Shown here: positions 7,057 to 16,357 of the stretch, one piece after another | Position numbering within the stretch: the stretch's first letter is position 1 | Layout: every line of letters begins with the position of its first letter | NCBI RefSeq assembly: GCF_001652585.1 | Contig: NZ_LWLG01000005.1 | Location: 60,001-92,000, forward strand | Direction of reading: 5' to 3' | DNA: 32,000 nt | Source: Thermosulfurimonas dismutans | Lineage (GTDB): Bacteria; Desulfobacterota; Thermodesulfobacteria; Thermodesulfobacteriales; Thermodesulfobacteriaceae | The notes under the pieces: generated by a model | The model's input: the letters and a program-made list of their open reading frames with translations, nothing else | What the model was told of the DNA's origin: nothing | Database searches by the model: none | Program-made: the position numbers and the translations under genes

Positions 7057-9390
7057 CGTCCTTTTATATAAGGCTTTTACCACCGGCAATCTTACCCCTA
7101 AATATTGATCTACAGGGGTAAAATCGTAGTATTTTTGAACAAAATCAGTTCTCAGGTGAAGCAAGGCGTACTTATCAGCATTATGAATGGAATAACAAAA
7201 AAAGCCTTCCTCTAACTCACCAATGGGTTGCGCCACCGTAATACGGAAACTGGAGTCTTCAGGAGGCGGCGGAAGATACCACTCTGCTGGCCCTGTTATA
7301 GGTTCAACGGTAATAAAAGACGTAAATGGCCTGAAATCAAAACATATTTTTTCTTGGTAAACAAAAATCTCTGGAATAGGAGAAAAATTATTTATTTCTT
7401 GGTAAAGCATGGCTTCAGGAGAAAAATCCCAATTATTTATTTCCGCAGAGTAAATAACCGAGGCGCCGTTGTACTGGGTAAGATTCAAAAGGTAGGAAGT
7501 TTCTGGCTCAAAGACCAGAAGGAAATCTCGTCCGGCTTCAGACAAGAGAGGGAGTCCACCCGTTGAGTCTTTCACCTGTCGCACAAAGAGTCGGATTGAT
7601 TTTAGATCGTTATTTTTAAATTCCTTGAGACTAAATGATTGCTGACTGTGAACCCGTATTTTGCGGGTGGGATGGGCTGATCCATTTACATAAACTAGGA
7701 CGAAATAGTCGCCAGACCCCTGTAGGCTGAACTCTAAGTTCTCCCTCTCCAATAGTTTCAATTCGGGAGGGTTGAAAGAAGGAATATTTTCATTAGTCCA
7801 GATAAAAAGTTTCTGCCATAGTTCGTCGTTATTATAGCCGAAAATCTGTGGAAAAACTTCTTCATGGGTTTGATAGGCAAGCAGGTTCCAGTACTGAACG
7901 ATTTTATCTTGCGGCTCTTTCACCCAAAAGATGGGGAAAATAATACCATTTAGGGAAGTGGACATGGTATAACATTCAGTAGCCGCTCCTCCACAACGGT
8001 AAAATATCTCATCGGATCTCAGGTGTATAAAGTTTTCCAGCACACGGCTTGCCTCAAAAACCTCTTTAGCTGTGGCGTGGCGGGAATCTTGAGAATAGCC
8101 GTAACCAGGGTTTCCAGCAAAAGTTACGACCAACCCTTCATTCCGCCACATAGGTATGATTTCATTTTCACCTCCAAAGGCCCGCGATAAATTGAGTATA
8201 TGATCAAGAGCATGGGCTAATTCGTGTAAAAGTGTGTCCGCTGACGCGATGCCTGAAGAAATAGCTCCCAAAAGATGCCAAAAAGGTACTCCTGTTATAT
8301 AACTTGCTAGCATCACGTTATTAGAACAATTATAATAATTGTCGTCGGAATTTCCGGATTCCAAATTACACAACTCTCTGGCAAAATTTATGTCAGTTGA
8401 ATAATAATAGACAGCAATATTGGGAGCCCAATCCTTTTCAAATCCCCAGTATTTGAAGTACCCGGTATCTTTGGCTCTTTGAGAGTATTTTAAAAGCCTC
8501 TCCGCATAGGGTTTTATAAAAGACTTACTTTTTGGCCAGTAAACCACAAAGTTTTCACTAAAGAGACTGGATATTTCCGTAGTTGGTGGGCCAACCACAA
8601 CTACTGATTCAAAACATTCTTTCTCGTCTTCACTACAGACCTTGGGATAGTAAATGCCTGAACTACGGTATGAGTGATAGAATTCGCTTACTCTTGAATC
8701 AGTTTCAGTAAGACGGCTATCGAATTCTCCATCACCTTCAAAATCGAGTTTCAACTCGGGACAGAAATCGAAACACCAGATTTTAAAACGCATCTTTGCT
8801 CCTTGAAGAACGATACCCGGTTGTGGTTCAAATCTTTCAAGTTTAAAGGAACCTTCTCTAACAAAACGAATAAAGGGTCTCGGAACAAGACCAGAATTGT
8901 CGACACCTCCATAAGGATGATCTTCTCCCCACTCTAAACGCCACAACCATCTATCTCTTGAAACCATCCAGAATCCATCTTTTGGCCAGACGGGAGAATC
9001 TGCTATTACGGCCTGGCGATAGCCTTCGGCTTCCTGAAAATCGATTTTCAAATAAAAAAGCTTCTTTTGATCCAATTTGGGAACAGGAACCCTAAGCCAT
9101 CCCGGCCCTTGGGATAAGGCTTCACCAACTTTTGTTTTAGATATGATTTCACTACCATTGATGGAAATCTCGTAGACCAAAAGTTTCGTTCCCGGAGCGT
9201 TCACAAGAACTTCAATGGCTACGGTGTTTTCGGGTGCTTCCACAACGATACCGGTGGTATCGCCCCATTCGGAAAGAGCAAAAGATCTTAAGGGCGGTAT
9301 TGAGGTGGCATAAAACGGATAAAATACTTCTTGAGCGGCAACAGTTTGACACAAAACAAACAAAGAGAGAAATAAAAGAAAAGCTACCAT
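6820..9390 (-). CDS. Secreted HExxH zinc-metallopeptidase-like protein (gluzincin-type HELAH...WRNEG) with C-terminal dockerin-like module; paralog A
   Basis: Signal peptide MVAFLLFLSLFVLCQTVAAQ. The motif LLHELAHALDH is followed 25 residues later by MWRNEGL, reminiscent of the M1/MA-clan HExxH...WLNEG signature. The start overlaps the upstream gene's stop by 7 nt (ATGGTAG). Confidence 0.85.
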   Translation of the reverse strand: MVAFLLFLSLFVLCQTVAAQEVFYPFYATSIPPLRSFALSEWGDTTGIVVEAPENTVAIEVLVNAPGTKLLVYEISINGSEIISKTKVGEALSQGPGWLRVPVPKLDQKKLFYLKIDFQEAEGYRQAVIADSPVWPKDGFWMVSRDRWLWRLEWGEDHPYGGVDNSGLVPRPFIRFVREGSFKLERFEPQPGIVLQGAKMRFKIWCFDFCPELKLDFEGDGEFDSRLTETDSRVSEFYHSYRSSGIYYPKVCSEDEKECFESVVVVGPPTTEISSLFSENFVVYWPKSKSFIKPYAERLLKYSQRAKDTGYFKYWGFEKDWAPNIAVYYYSTDINFARELCNLESGNSDDNYYNCSNNVMLASYITGVPFWHLLGAISSGIASADTLLHELAHALDHILNLSRAFGGENEIIPMWRNEGLVVTFAGNPGYGYSQDSRHATAKEVFEASRVLENFIHLRSDEIFYRCGGAATECYTMSTSLNGIIFPIFWVKEPQDKIVQYWNLLAYQTHEEVFPQIFGYNNDELWQKLFIWTNENIPSFNPPELKLLERENLEFSLQGSGDYFVLVYVNGSAHPTRKIRVHSQQSFSLKEFKNNDLKSIRLFVRQVKDSTGGLPLLSEAGRDFLLVFEPETSYLLNLTQYNGASVIYSAEINNWDFSPEAMLYQEINNFSPIPEIFVYQEKICFDFRPFTSFITVEPITGPAEWYLPPPPEDSSFRITVAQPIGELEEGFFCYSIHNADKYALLHLRTDFVQKYYDFTPVDQYLGVRLPVVKALYKRTCTPDGDVAPLGNRDGQVNIGDALVALRFALGLERPSDEDLCHADVAPLGQDGKPQPDGKITIGDAVVILRKALGLVNW

Positions 9391-9617
9391 GTTATCAACC
9401 CCAATGCCTTCCGTAAAATTACTAGAGCGTCACCGATAGTTATCTGTCCATCCGGTGCCGGTACACCGTTTTCAATAGGAGCCACGTCCGCATGGCACTT
9501 ATCCTCATCGCTTGGTGTCTCAAGCCCTAAAGCAAACCGCAGGGCCACCAGGGCGTCCCCAATGTTCACCTGACCGTCACGGTTCCCCAACGGGGCCACG
9601 TCGCCGTCGGGGGTGCA
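9384..9617 (-). other. Dockerin-like module D4 (C-terminal)
   Basis: CTPDGDVAPLGNRDGQVNIGDALVALRFALGLETPSDEDKCHADVAPIENGVPAPDGQITIGDALVILRKALGLITW. Confidence 0.75.
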
Positions 9618-10868
9618 GTTCCCCCAACCGGGCCAAATGGCGGTATCTGTTTCGCTTATACGGAGGCGGAGCGTACGACCATCAGAAAGCTCGAAAGAAA
9701 CCGTCTCTCCCAGTGTTCCATTTAGAGAAATTTTCAAAGTGTTTAAATCTATAAAATCCGCCGAAACAGAAACTCCTGAAGGATACCTATACCGATAACT
9801 TCTGATAAGATCGGTGCCATTGGCCGGCACAAAATAAAAAGCATATGTCTGCCCTGAGCGTACCGGCAATTCTATATCGAAAGCATCAATCCTATAATAA
9901 GGAAATTCGAGACTACGAGTGTAAAATTCCCAGGAAAAATCTTTTGTCTCTCCGTCTATGTTAAAAATAGCTTCTACGGTATATTTCTCTCCCCATTCGA
10001 GTCTACTTTGAGGAAAAAGGGCAAATTCAAAAGCGGAAAATCTCCTGTTTGGATCAGAGGCTTCATCCATTAACAAAGTAGAAACCAAATTTCCCGCAGA
10101 ATCATAAAGGTTAAAGCTGAACATTTGTACGGTATTTACTTTGTAAGGATTGAATTGTACGGAAATCGGATATCCGCTTACGCTTCGATCCGGCAAAGGA
10201 TCAGGAAACTCTTCATAGAAGACCGGAGGAACGGTGTCTCCGGGAGGAGGCCATCTCACCACGAGAGGGTTATCGGTAGCCACGATTGAAGGATCTTTTC
10301 TGGTGCCCAAATCGTAAACATAATAAACGGTTCCTCTATCATCAATAGCTTTTCCGAAACCTATTTCGTCAAAGTAAAAAGATAAAAAACCAAAGCGATG
10401 GTATATGGCCGAAAAGAGATCGTCTATGGATTCCTGAAAATTTTCCTCCCCCCAGGATAAATTTTCCCCGATTGCTTTATAGTTATAGCCTGCGGCCGCA
10501 GCTCGATCGGCCGGAGTCACACCGGTAAAATAAGGAAGCCCGGGAGTTTCAGTGTGCCCTATGTCCTGGTTGGTGGCTATGTAGCGGGCATGAGACTCGG
10601 CAGCCTGCGTCAGGGCCTGATTTTCAGAAAAAGGAATCATACCCACCGAAGATCTCAAGGCGTTGAGATATTGGAGATAACTTCCATAAGCCTGGCGAGT
10701 AACACGAGAGGGTCCGTGAAAGAGCGGCCTTTGAAAAATTCTTTCTCGCCAACTCTCAACCCCCGCAAGGTCTCCGGAAAAACCGTGCTCCGGAAGGAAA
10801 GCCGCCCCCCATAAAATCAGTGCAAACCAAAAAACCTTACATAATTTGGGCCAGAGAGACTTTTTCAT
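9384..10868 (-). CDS. Secreted CAP/SCP-domain protein with an uncharacterised beta-rich middle region and C-terminal dockerin-like module
   Basis: Signal peptide MKKSLWPKLCKVFWFALILWGAAF. The CAP-like pattern is YLNALRSSVGMIPFSENQALTQAAESHARYIATNQDIGHTE...GENLSWGE. Confidence 0.85.
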   Translation of the reverse strand: MKKSLWPKLCKVFWFALILWGAAFLPEHGFSGDLAGVESWRERIFQRPLFHGPSRVTRQAYGSYLQYLNALRSSVGMIPFSENQALTQAAESHARYIATNQDIGHTETPGLPYFTGVTPADRAAAAGYNYKAIGENLSWGEENFQESIDDLFSAIYHRFGFLSFYFDEIGFGKAIDDRGTVYYVYDLGTRKDPSIVATDNPLVVRWPPPGDTVPPVFYEEFPDPLPDRSVSGYPISVQFNPYKVNTVQMFSFNLYDSAGNLVSTLLMDEASDPNRRFSAFEFALFPQSRLEWGEKYTVEAIFNIDGETKDFSWEFYTRSLEFPYYRIDAFDIELPVRSGQTYAFYFVPANGTDLIRSYRYRYPSGVSVSADFIDLNTLKISLNGTLGETVSFELSDGRTLRLRISETDTAIWPGWGNCTPDGDVAPLGNRDGQVNIGDALVALRFALGLETPSDEDKCHADVAPIENGVPAPDGQITIGDALVILRKALGLITW

Positions 10869-11169
10869 TTTTATACACCAGCCATATATTTGAGTTAGAA
10901 CGATCCAAAATAAGTTTCAAAGGGGCAGGTACCTTTTTTGGATACAAAATTACGGGCCTGGAGATTACCAGGGATCTCAAATTGGGCCTCAATTTTTCCT
11001 TTTCCTTATATGCTACCAGCACCTTTCGATTGTTTTCCAAAATCAAAACCTTGAGATCTCTAGCCACCAGTTCTCGAAAGAGCGGGCTATCGAAAATAAG
11101 AACCTTTTCTTTACGCACATAAAAATCCTTAGCCTCGAGATGTACGGTGAAGTTCCCTATATAAAACAC
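10837..11169 (-). CDS. Hypothetical protein; true 5' end probably further upstream (frame open to 11373 and encoding a TM helix)
   Basis: The track ORF starts at a GTG with no SD. The same frame is open for 178 codons from the TAG at 11376-11374. The upstream part encodes KQKFVIILFLGGVFFGVIGWYLLHLK but contains no ATG, GTG or TTG. Confidence 0.5.
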   Translation of the reverse strand: MFYIGNFTVHLEAKDFYVRKEKVLIFDSPLFRELVARDLKVLILENNRKVLVAYKEKEKLRPNLRSLVISRPVILYPKKVPAPLKLILDRSNSNIWLVYKNEKVSLAQIM

Positions 11170-11336
11170 AAAATGGACATCACGGAGATATTTTCCCGCC
11201 GAAGCAAAGCGCGAAAGGGAGTTAGCAGGGGAAACCGACGATTTTTCTGTTGTTTTAAGGTGAAGCAGATACCATCCTATTACACCAAAGAAAACACCAC
11301 CCAGAAATAAAATTATTACAAATTTCTGTTTAAAAG

Positions 11337-13238
11337 TTATGGTCCTATCTCCGGAAGGAATTTTAATGTTTTGCTATCATAGCCAGAAACAGAAGTGAAG
11401 CTAAAATCGAGATAGAATCTATTTCGAGCGTCGCTTCTAACAAGAGAATTGTAAACCCCGGGATACATAATCTCGACTCCGTAAGGTTCTATAGCAACCC
11501 AAGTATTTACGGAACTCCAGAGTCCCATTCCTCCTTCATAAGCATCACAGGAAAATTCATAGTATCTACCACAATTTAGATTTACCTCATAAAAAAATCC
11601 CGGAGCATGGGCCATAAAATCCACCCCGAAGGAGCCGTTTTCGCTGGCCAACCGCGGATTTGATACGTAAACAAAGAAATCACCGCTTGCGTTTCGTGCG
11701 ATCTTGACCACGATGCCGTTTTGGTTGTAAAAAATCGGCACTGCACCCCAATCCGTAGCGTTTCCGTCTATCGCTATGTCAGCTTCTGGTATAACGTAGG
11801 TCTCAAGGGGCTCATCCCAGTCTATCATTTCCACTCCGGATCGGAAAAGCTCTATTCTAGTCCGATTGGCATAATCCATAAAAACATCTCCAAAAAGAAG
11901 AGCCCTAGGCGTGATTTGACCGCTTACAAGATCGTAAACCGTGGCGTTTCCGGTAGAAGTTGCGTATTCTAAATAAATATCGAATTTTCTTTTGGGGTAA
12001 TAGTAACCGTCGCCACCGTCCACATAATGCAGGGTCTCGTTGGCGGCTACGATCCAGGCCAATTCGGCTGAAGGATCACTGAAGGCGGTCTCAAGACTCG
12101 CAAGCACCCTTGTCGCGGCCTGGGCTATGACCACCGAGGCTGGATCATCCAGGTTAAAGGCATGGTTCTGTCTGGCCCTGAGCGCCTCTTCCGAAAGCGT
12201 CGCAAATTCGTTCACTATTTCCTCAAAAGTTTGTCTAGCCTGCGAAAAGGCCTGCTTGAATTCTTCAAGTTTGGACGGGTCTCTATAGGTTAGGAGTTGG
12301 GTATTGTTCATAAAAAATGTATATAGGGTTTCGTTGGAAGTTCCGTTAAAGGAAGTGCCATTCAGGGTTCCGTTTGCTACCAGAAGGAGATCCCTTATAT
12401 CCGTGCCGTTCACCAACCAGTTGTTAGCGCTTATATCCAGGGATTCGATATAAAGGCAGACGGCCTTCCAGAACTTAGCCAGAAATCGCATGATTTTAAC
12501 ATCCAGCGCATCAAAATACACCGTAGTCCCGTCGGGAAAGGTAAGACTGGCCAGATTACCAGCCGCCCGGGTTCCGGAAGCGGCAAGGACCTGCGAAAAC
12601 TCGGCATCGGCCTGATCCAGCCTGGAAATCACATCCACCATCACGGTAAGGATTTCTCCGGCATAGTCTGGAGCCGTGAGAAGATTATAGAGAATGTTAG
12701 CGGAAGAAGCATTGACGGTATCCAGGTCTACCTTGAGAACCTGGTTGAAGAAATCCCGATGATCGTTATACACCGTAAAAAGCAGGCCTGCTCCTTTCAG
12801 GATACGAGCCTCAGAGGTGTTCGGAACGGCATTAAACATATCCAGCAATTGTGTGTAATTTCCTTCCGAGGGATTTTCCAGGAAATCAATCAAGGCCTCC
12901 TTTAGATCTTCTACCGTTGCGGCATTCCAGCTTACGAGCTGAAGGGCCTTGCGCAGGATCACAAGCGCATCCCCGATGGTAATCTTCCCATCGGGATTCG
13001 GCATACCGTCCGCCCCGAGAGGGGCTACATCCGCATGACATGTATCCTCCTGGGTGGGCGCCTCAAGTCCTAAAGCAAAACGCAGAGTAACCAGGGCGTC
13101 ACCTATATTCACCTTTCCATCGCGATTCCCCAGCGGAGCCACGTCGCCGTCGGGCGTGCAGAGCGCCAATCCAATGGCCCCAAACATTCCCCACCAGGCG
13201 AAAAGGATCAAAAGGAACTTTACAAGCCATCCTTTCAT
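11337..13238 (-). CDS. Secreted 633-aa protein of unknown fold with the dockerin-like module at its N-terminus, directly after the signal peptide
   Basis: MKGWLVKFLLILFAWWGMFGAIGLAL-CTPDGDVAPLGNRDGKVNIGDALV... I recognise no motif in the remaining 530 aa. Confidence 0.85.
   Translation of the reverse strand: MKGWLVKFLLILFAWWGMFGAIGLALCTPDGDVAPLGNRDGKVNIGDALVTLRFALGLEAPTQEDTCHADVAPLGADGMPNPDGKITIGDALVILRKALQLVSWNAATVEDLKEALIDFLENPSEGNYTQLLDMFNAVPNTSEARILKGAGLLFTVYNDHRDFFNQVLKVDLDTVNASSANILYNLLTAPDYAGEILTVMVDVISRLDQADAEFSQVLAASGTRAAGNLASLTFPDGTTVYFDALDVKIMRFLAKFWKAVCLYIESLDISANNWLVNGTDIRDLLLVANGTLNGTSFNGTSNETLYTFFMNNTQLLTYRDPSKLEEFKQAFSQARQTFEEIVNEFATLSEEALRARQNHAFNLDDPASVVIAQAATRVLASLETAFSDPSAELAWIVAANETLHYVDGGDGYYYPKRKFDIYLEYATSTGNATVYDLVSGQITPRALLFGDVFMDYANRTRIELFRSGVEMIDWDEPLETYVIPEADIAIDGNATDWGAVPIFYNQNGIVVKIARNASGDFFVYVSNPRLASENGSFGVDFMAHAPGFFYEVNLNCGRYYEFSCDAYEGGMGLWSSVNTWVAIEPYGVEIMYPGVYNSLVRSDARNRFYLDFSFTSVSGYDSKTLKFLPEIGP
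12927..13160 (-). other. Dockerin-like module D5 (N-terminal position)
   Basis: CTPDGDVAPLGNRDGKVNIGDALVTLRFALGLEAPTQEDTCHADVAPLGADGMPNPDGKITIGDALVILRKALQLVSW. Confidence 0.75.
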
Positions 13239-13314
13239 TATTTCCCCCCACTTACTAAAGCTTTCTAAAATCAGCTACCAGGCAGGAATAACTCCCACCG
13301 GGCAGCCAAATCGC

Positions 13315-13551
13315 TTACCAGTTGACAAGTCCCAGGGCCTTACGCAGGATCACCAGGGCGTCGCCGATGGTGATCCTTCCGTCCGGCTGCGGCGTGCCGT
13401 CCGGCCCGAGCGGGGCCGCGTCCGCATGGCACTTATCCTCCTCGCTCGGGGTCTCAAGCCCCAGGGCGAACCGCAAGGTCACCAAGGCGTCGCCTATGTT
13501 GACCTTCCCATCACGCGCCCCCAGCGGAGCCACATCGCCATCGGGCGTGCA
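13315..13551 (-). other. Dockerin-like module D6 (C-terminal)
   Basis: CTPDGDVAPLGARDGKVNIGDALVTLRFALGLETPSEEDKCHADAAPLGPDGTPQPDGRITIGDALVILRKALGLVNW. Confidence 0.75.
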
Positions 13552-15945
13552 CACCGGCACATATAGACTCTTAATCACGGGTAATCTGATAGCCAAATAC
13601 TGGTCTACTGGAGAAAAACCGTAATATTCTTGTACAAAATTCGCTTTCATATGAAAAAGAGCATATTTGTTTCTATCATAGCCAGAATAGCAAATCACAC
13701 CTTTCTGTAACTCATCTGTAAAATTAGCTACCTCGATATGAAAATTGGAATCTTCTGGAGGCGGAGGCAAATACCATTCCGCGGGATCACTCATTGCCTC
13801 CACGGAAATGTAAGGCAAGAAGGGGCGAAAATCAAAACATATCCTTTCTTGCCGGACTAGCATCTCCGGAATCACAGGAAAATTGTTTAATACTTGATAA
13901 AGCATAGATTCAGGAGAAAACTCCCAAGACCTAAGCCACGAAGAATAGATGACCGAGCCGCCGTTGTACTGGCTGAGATGTAGGAGATGCGAAGTTTCCG
14001 GCTCAAAAACTAATAAAAAATCCCTCCCGGCTTCTGAGAGCAGCGGAAGTCCACTTGTGGAATCCTTCACCTGGCGTACGAAGAGTCTGAGAGACTTAAG
14101 GCTTGTGCTTTTAAACTCTTTAAGACTGAACGGTTGCCCGCTCAACACCCTTAACTTCCCAGTGGGAAAGGCCGAACCATTTATGTAGACTAGTACGAAG
14201 TACTCGCCTGACCCATTCAGCTTAAATTCTAGATTTTCGGAATCCACTACTTTAAGCTCCGGGGGAGTAAAGATAGGAATGTCCTCCTCGGCCCACACCA
14301 AAATCTTTTGCCAAAGGTCGTCGTCCGTGACACCAAAAATTTCAGGAAAGACCTCCTCGTGCTTCCGATATGCCAAGGCCTTCCAGTATTCAACTATCTT
14401 TTCTTGTGGTGTATTTGCCCAAAAAATCGGAAAAACTACACTATTCATTGAAGAGGACATGACATAACACTCAGTGGTTGCTCCTCCACAACTGTACAAA
14501 AGTTCGTTCGATCTTAGATGAATAAAATTTTCCGGAATTTTGCCCGAGGTTATAGCTTCTCTGGCCGTAGCATGCCTGGAATTGCGCGAGTGACCATAGT
14601 AAGGATTCCGAGAGAAGGTTATCACCAGGCCTTCATGCCGCCACATAGGAATAATCTCATAGTCACTCCCTAGAGCCCGCGAAAGGTTTAACACATGATC
14701 AAAAGTGTGAGCAGATTCATGCGTAAATACATCCACAGCAGCTATGTGAGAAGAAAGGCCACCAATAATGTGCCAAAACACCGTTCCTTCTACATAAGTA
14801 GCAACGGTAACTTCATTGGAACACGCAAAAACATCTTCTTCTGGAATGTTTCCCGAAAGAAAACGACATAAATCTTGGGCAAATTCTATATCCGCTGAAT
14901 AGTAATAAACCGTTAGGGCCGGGCCCCAATCTTTTTCAAATCCCCAATAAGCGAAATAGCCCGTGTCTTTGGCCCGCTGAAGATATTTAAGGAGCCGTTC
15001 CGCATAGGGCCTTAGGAAAGCCTTGCTTTTCGGCCAGTAAACCACAAAGTTCTCGCTAAAGAGCTCGTCTACCTCCGTCCCAGTCGGCCCCACTACTACC
15101 ACCGACTCGAAACACTCACTACCGTCCCCTAAGCAGAGCTTCGGATAATATATTCCTGGATTCTCGTAACCGTAGTAGAAATCTGTCACGTCGGAGTTTG
15201 TCCTGTTCAAGATAAAGTCGAAGATTCCGTCGCCTTCCAGATCCAGCTTAAGGGCCGGGCAGGCTCCAAAACACCACACTTTGAAGCGCACCTTAGCCCC
15301 CTGAAGCACCACGCCCGGCTGAGGCTCAAACCTCTTTAAACGGAAGTTACCCTCTCTTACGAATCGCAAATAAGGCCTGGGAACCAAGCCTGTATTATCC
15401 ACCCCTCCATAAGGGTGGTCTTCTCCCCAATCCAGACGCCACAGCCAGCGGTCCTGAGAAACCATCCAGAAACTGTCTTTCGGCCAGACGGGAGCGTCCG
15501 CTATCACAGCCCTGCTGTAACCTTCGGCTTCTTGGAAATTGATCTTTAAATAAAAAAGTTTCTTTTGATTCGTTTTAGGAATAGGAACTCTGAGCCATCC
15601 AGGGCCTTGGGATAGCGCCTCGCCAATTTTCGTTTTCGACGTAATTTCATCGCCATTGACAGAAATCTCGTAGACCAAAAGTTTCGTCCCGGGAGCGTTC
15701 ACAAGAAGATCAATAGCTACCGTATCTTCGGGAGCCTCCACGACGATACCAGTGGTATCGCCCCATTCGGCAAGAGCAAAAGACCTTAAAGGAGGCAAAG
15801 AGGTAGTATAAAGTGGATAAAATACTTCTTGAGCGAAACCGGCTTGCCACAAAATAAACATATACAAGATAAACAACAAAATAAAAGTTGCCTTTTCATG
15901 ACAAACTTTAAGCAAGGAACGGCAACGGTCAATATCAACTTTCAT
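13315..15945 (-). CDS. Secreted HExxH zinc-metallopeptidase-like protein with C-terminal dockerin-like module; paralog B
   Basis: Colinear with the 856-aa protein over its full length. For example, QEVFYPLYTTSLPPLRSFALAEWGDTTGIVVEAPEDTVAI aligns with QEVFYPFYATSIPPLRSFALSEWGDTTGIVVEAPENTVAI. It retains HESAH...MWRHEGL. Confidence 0.85.
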   Translation of the reverse strand: MKVDIDRCRSLLKVCHEKATFILLFILYMFILWQAGFAQEVFYPLYTTSLPPLRSFALAEWGDTTGIVVEAPEDTVAIDLLVNAPGTKLLVYEISVNGDEITSKTKIGEALSQGPGWLRVPIPKTNQKKLFYLKINFQEAEGYSRAVIADAPVWPKDSFWMVSQDRWLWRLDWGEDHPYGGVDNTGLVPRPYLRFVREGNFRLKRFEPQPGVVLQGAKVRFKVWCFGACPALKLDLEGDGIFDFILNRTNSDVTDFYYGYENPGIYYPKLCLGDGSECFESVVVVGPTGTEVDELFSENFVVYWPKSKAFLRPYAERLLKYLQRAKDTGYFAYWGFEKDWGPALTVYYYSADIEFAQDLCRFLSGNIPEEDVFACSNEVTVATYVEGTVFWHIIGGLSSHIAAVDVFTHESAHTFDHVLNLSRALGSDYEIIPMWRHEGLVITFSRNPYYGHSRNSRHATAREAITSGKIPENFIHLRSNELLYSCGGATTECYVMSSSMNSVVFPIFWANTPQEKIVEYWKALAYRKHEEVFPEIFGVTDDDLWQKILVWAEEDIPIFTPPELKVVDSENLEFKLNGSGEYFVLVYINGSAFPTGKLRVLSGQPFSLKEFKSTSLKSLRLFVRQVKDSTSGLPLLSEAGRDFLLVFEPETSHLLHLSQYNGGSVIYSSWLRSWEFSPESMLYQVLNNFPVIPEMLVRQERICFDFRPFLPYISVEAMSDPAEWYLPPPPEDSNFHIEVANFTDELQKGVICYSGYDRNKYALFHMKANFVQEYYGFSPVDQYLAIRLPVIKSLYVPVCTPDGDVAPLGARDGKVNIGDALVTLRFALGLETPSEEDKCHADAAPLGPDGTPQPDGRITIGDALVILRKALGLVNW

Positions 15946-15991
15946 CCTACATTACACAGGTCGAAAATACACTCAATGTCTCCTTCAAAAC

Positions 15992-16357
15992 TCAATTACA
16001 TTCCGAAACGATCAAATGAGGCCGACAGCCTACCGAACGTCCGTCGAGATCAAAACAAGAAGAATGTACCTGAAAATCAGAAGCAGAAAGAACGCTGTCC
16101 CCTTCTCCCTTCAATCGAAAGACCATTTTCACCAGAGAAGCGCCGTTGGACGGAAGCCCCGAGGCGTTCATTACGCCCACCTTCACCTTCCGCCCCAGAT
16201 CGTTGAATCCCAACATGGTCTGCGGATAATCTCCCGCCAGGCGCACTCCAAATCCAGCGTCAAACTCTACTCTATCCTGGGGATACTCCACACTCAAATC
16301 CACGCCCCCAATGAAGGCCTCACTTTCCACCCCCACTTCCACGGTACACCGGAGCAC
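15992..16357 (-). other. Cohesin-like module (class B, Cys-capped)
   Basis: LRCTVEVGVESEAFIGGVDLSVEYPQDRVEFDAGFGVRLAG...GRKVKVGVMNASGLPSNGASLVKMVFRLKGEG...CRPHLIVSECN. The pattern x-IGG-(V/I)-D/S-(hydrophobic alternation)-Y-P...V..G....G.V.(I/V)G......G......LV...F is shared with classical cohesin strands. Confidence 0.55.
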
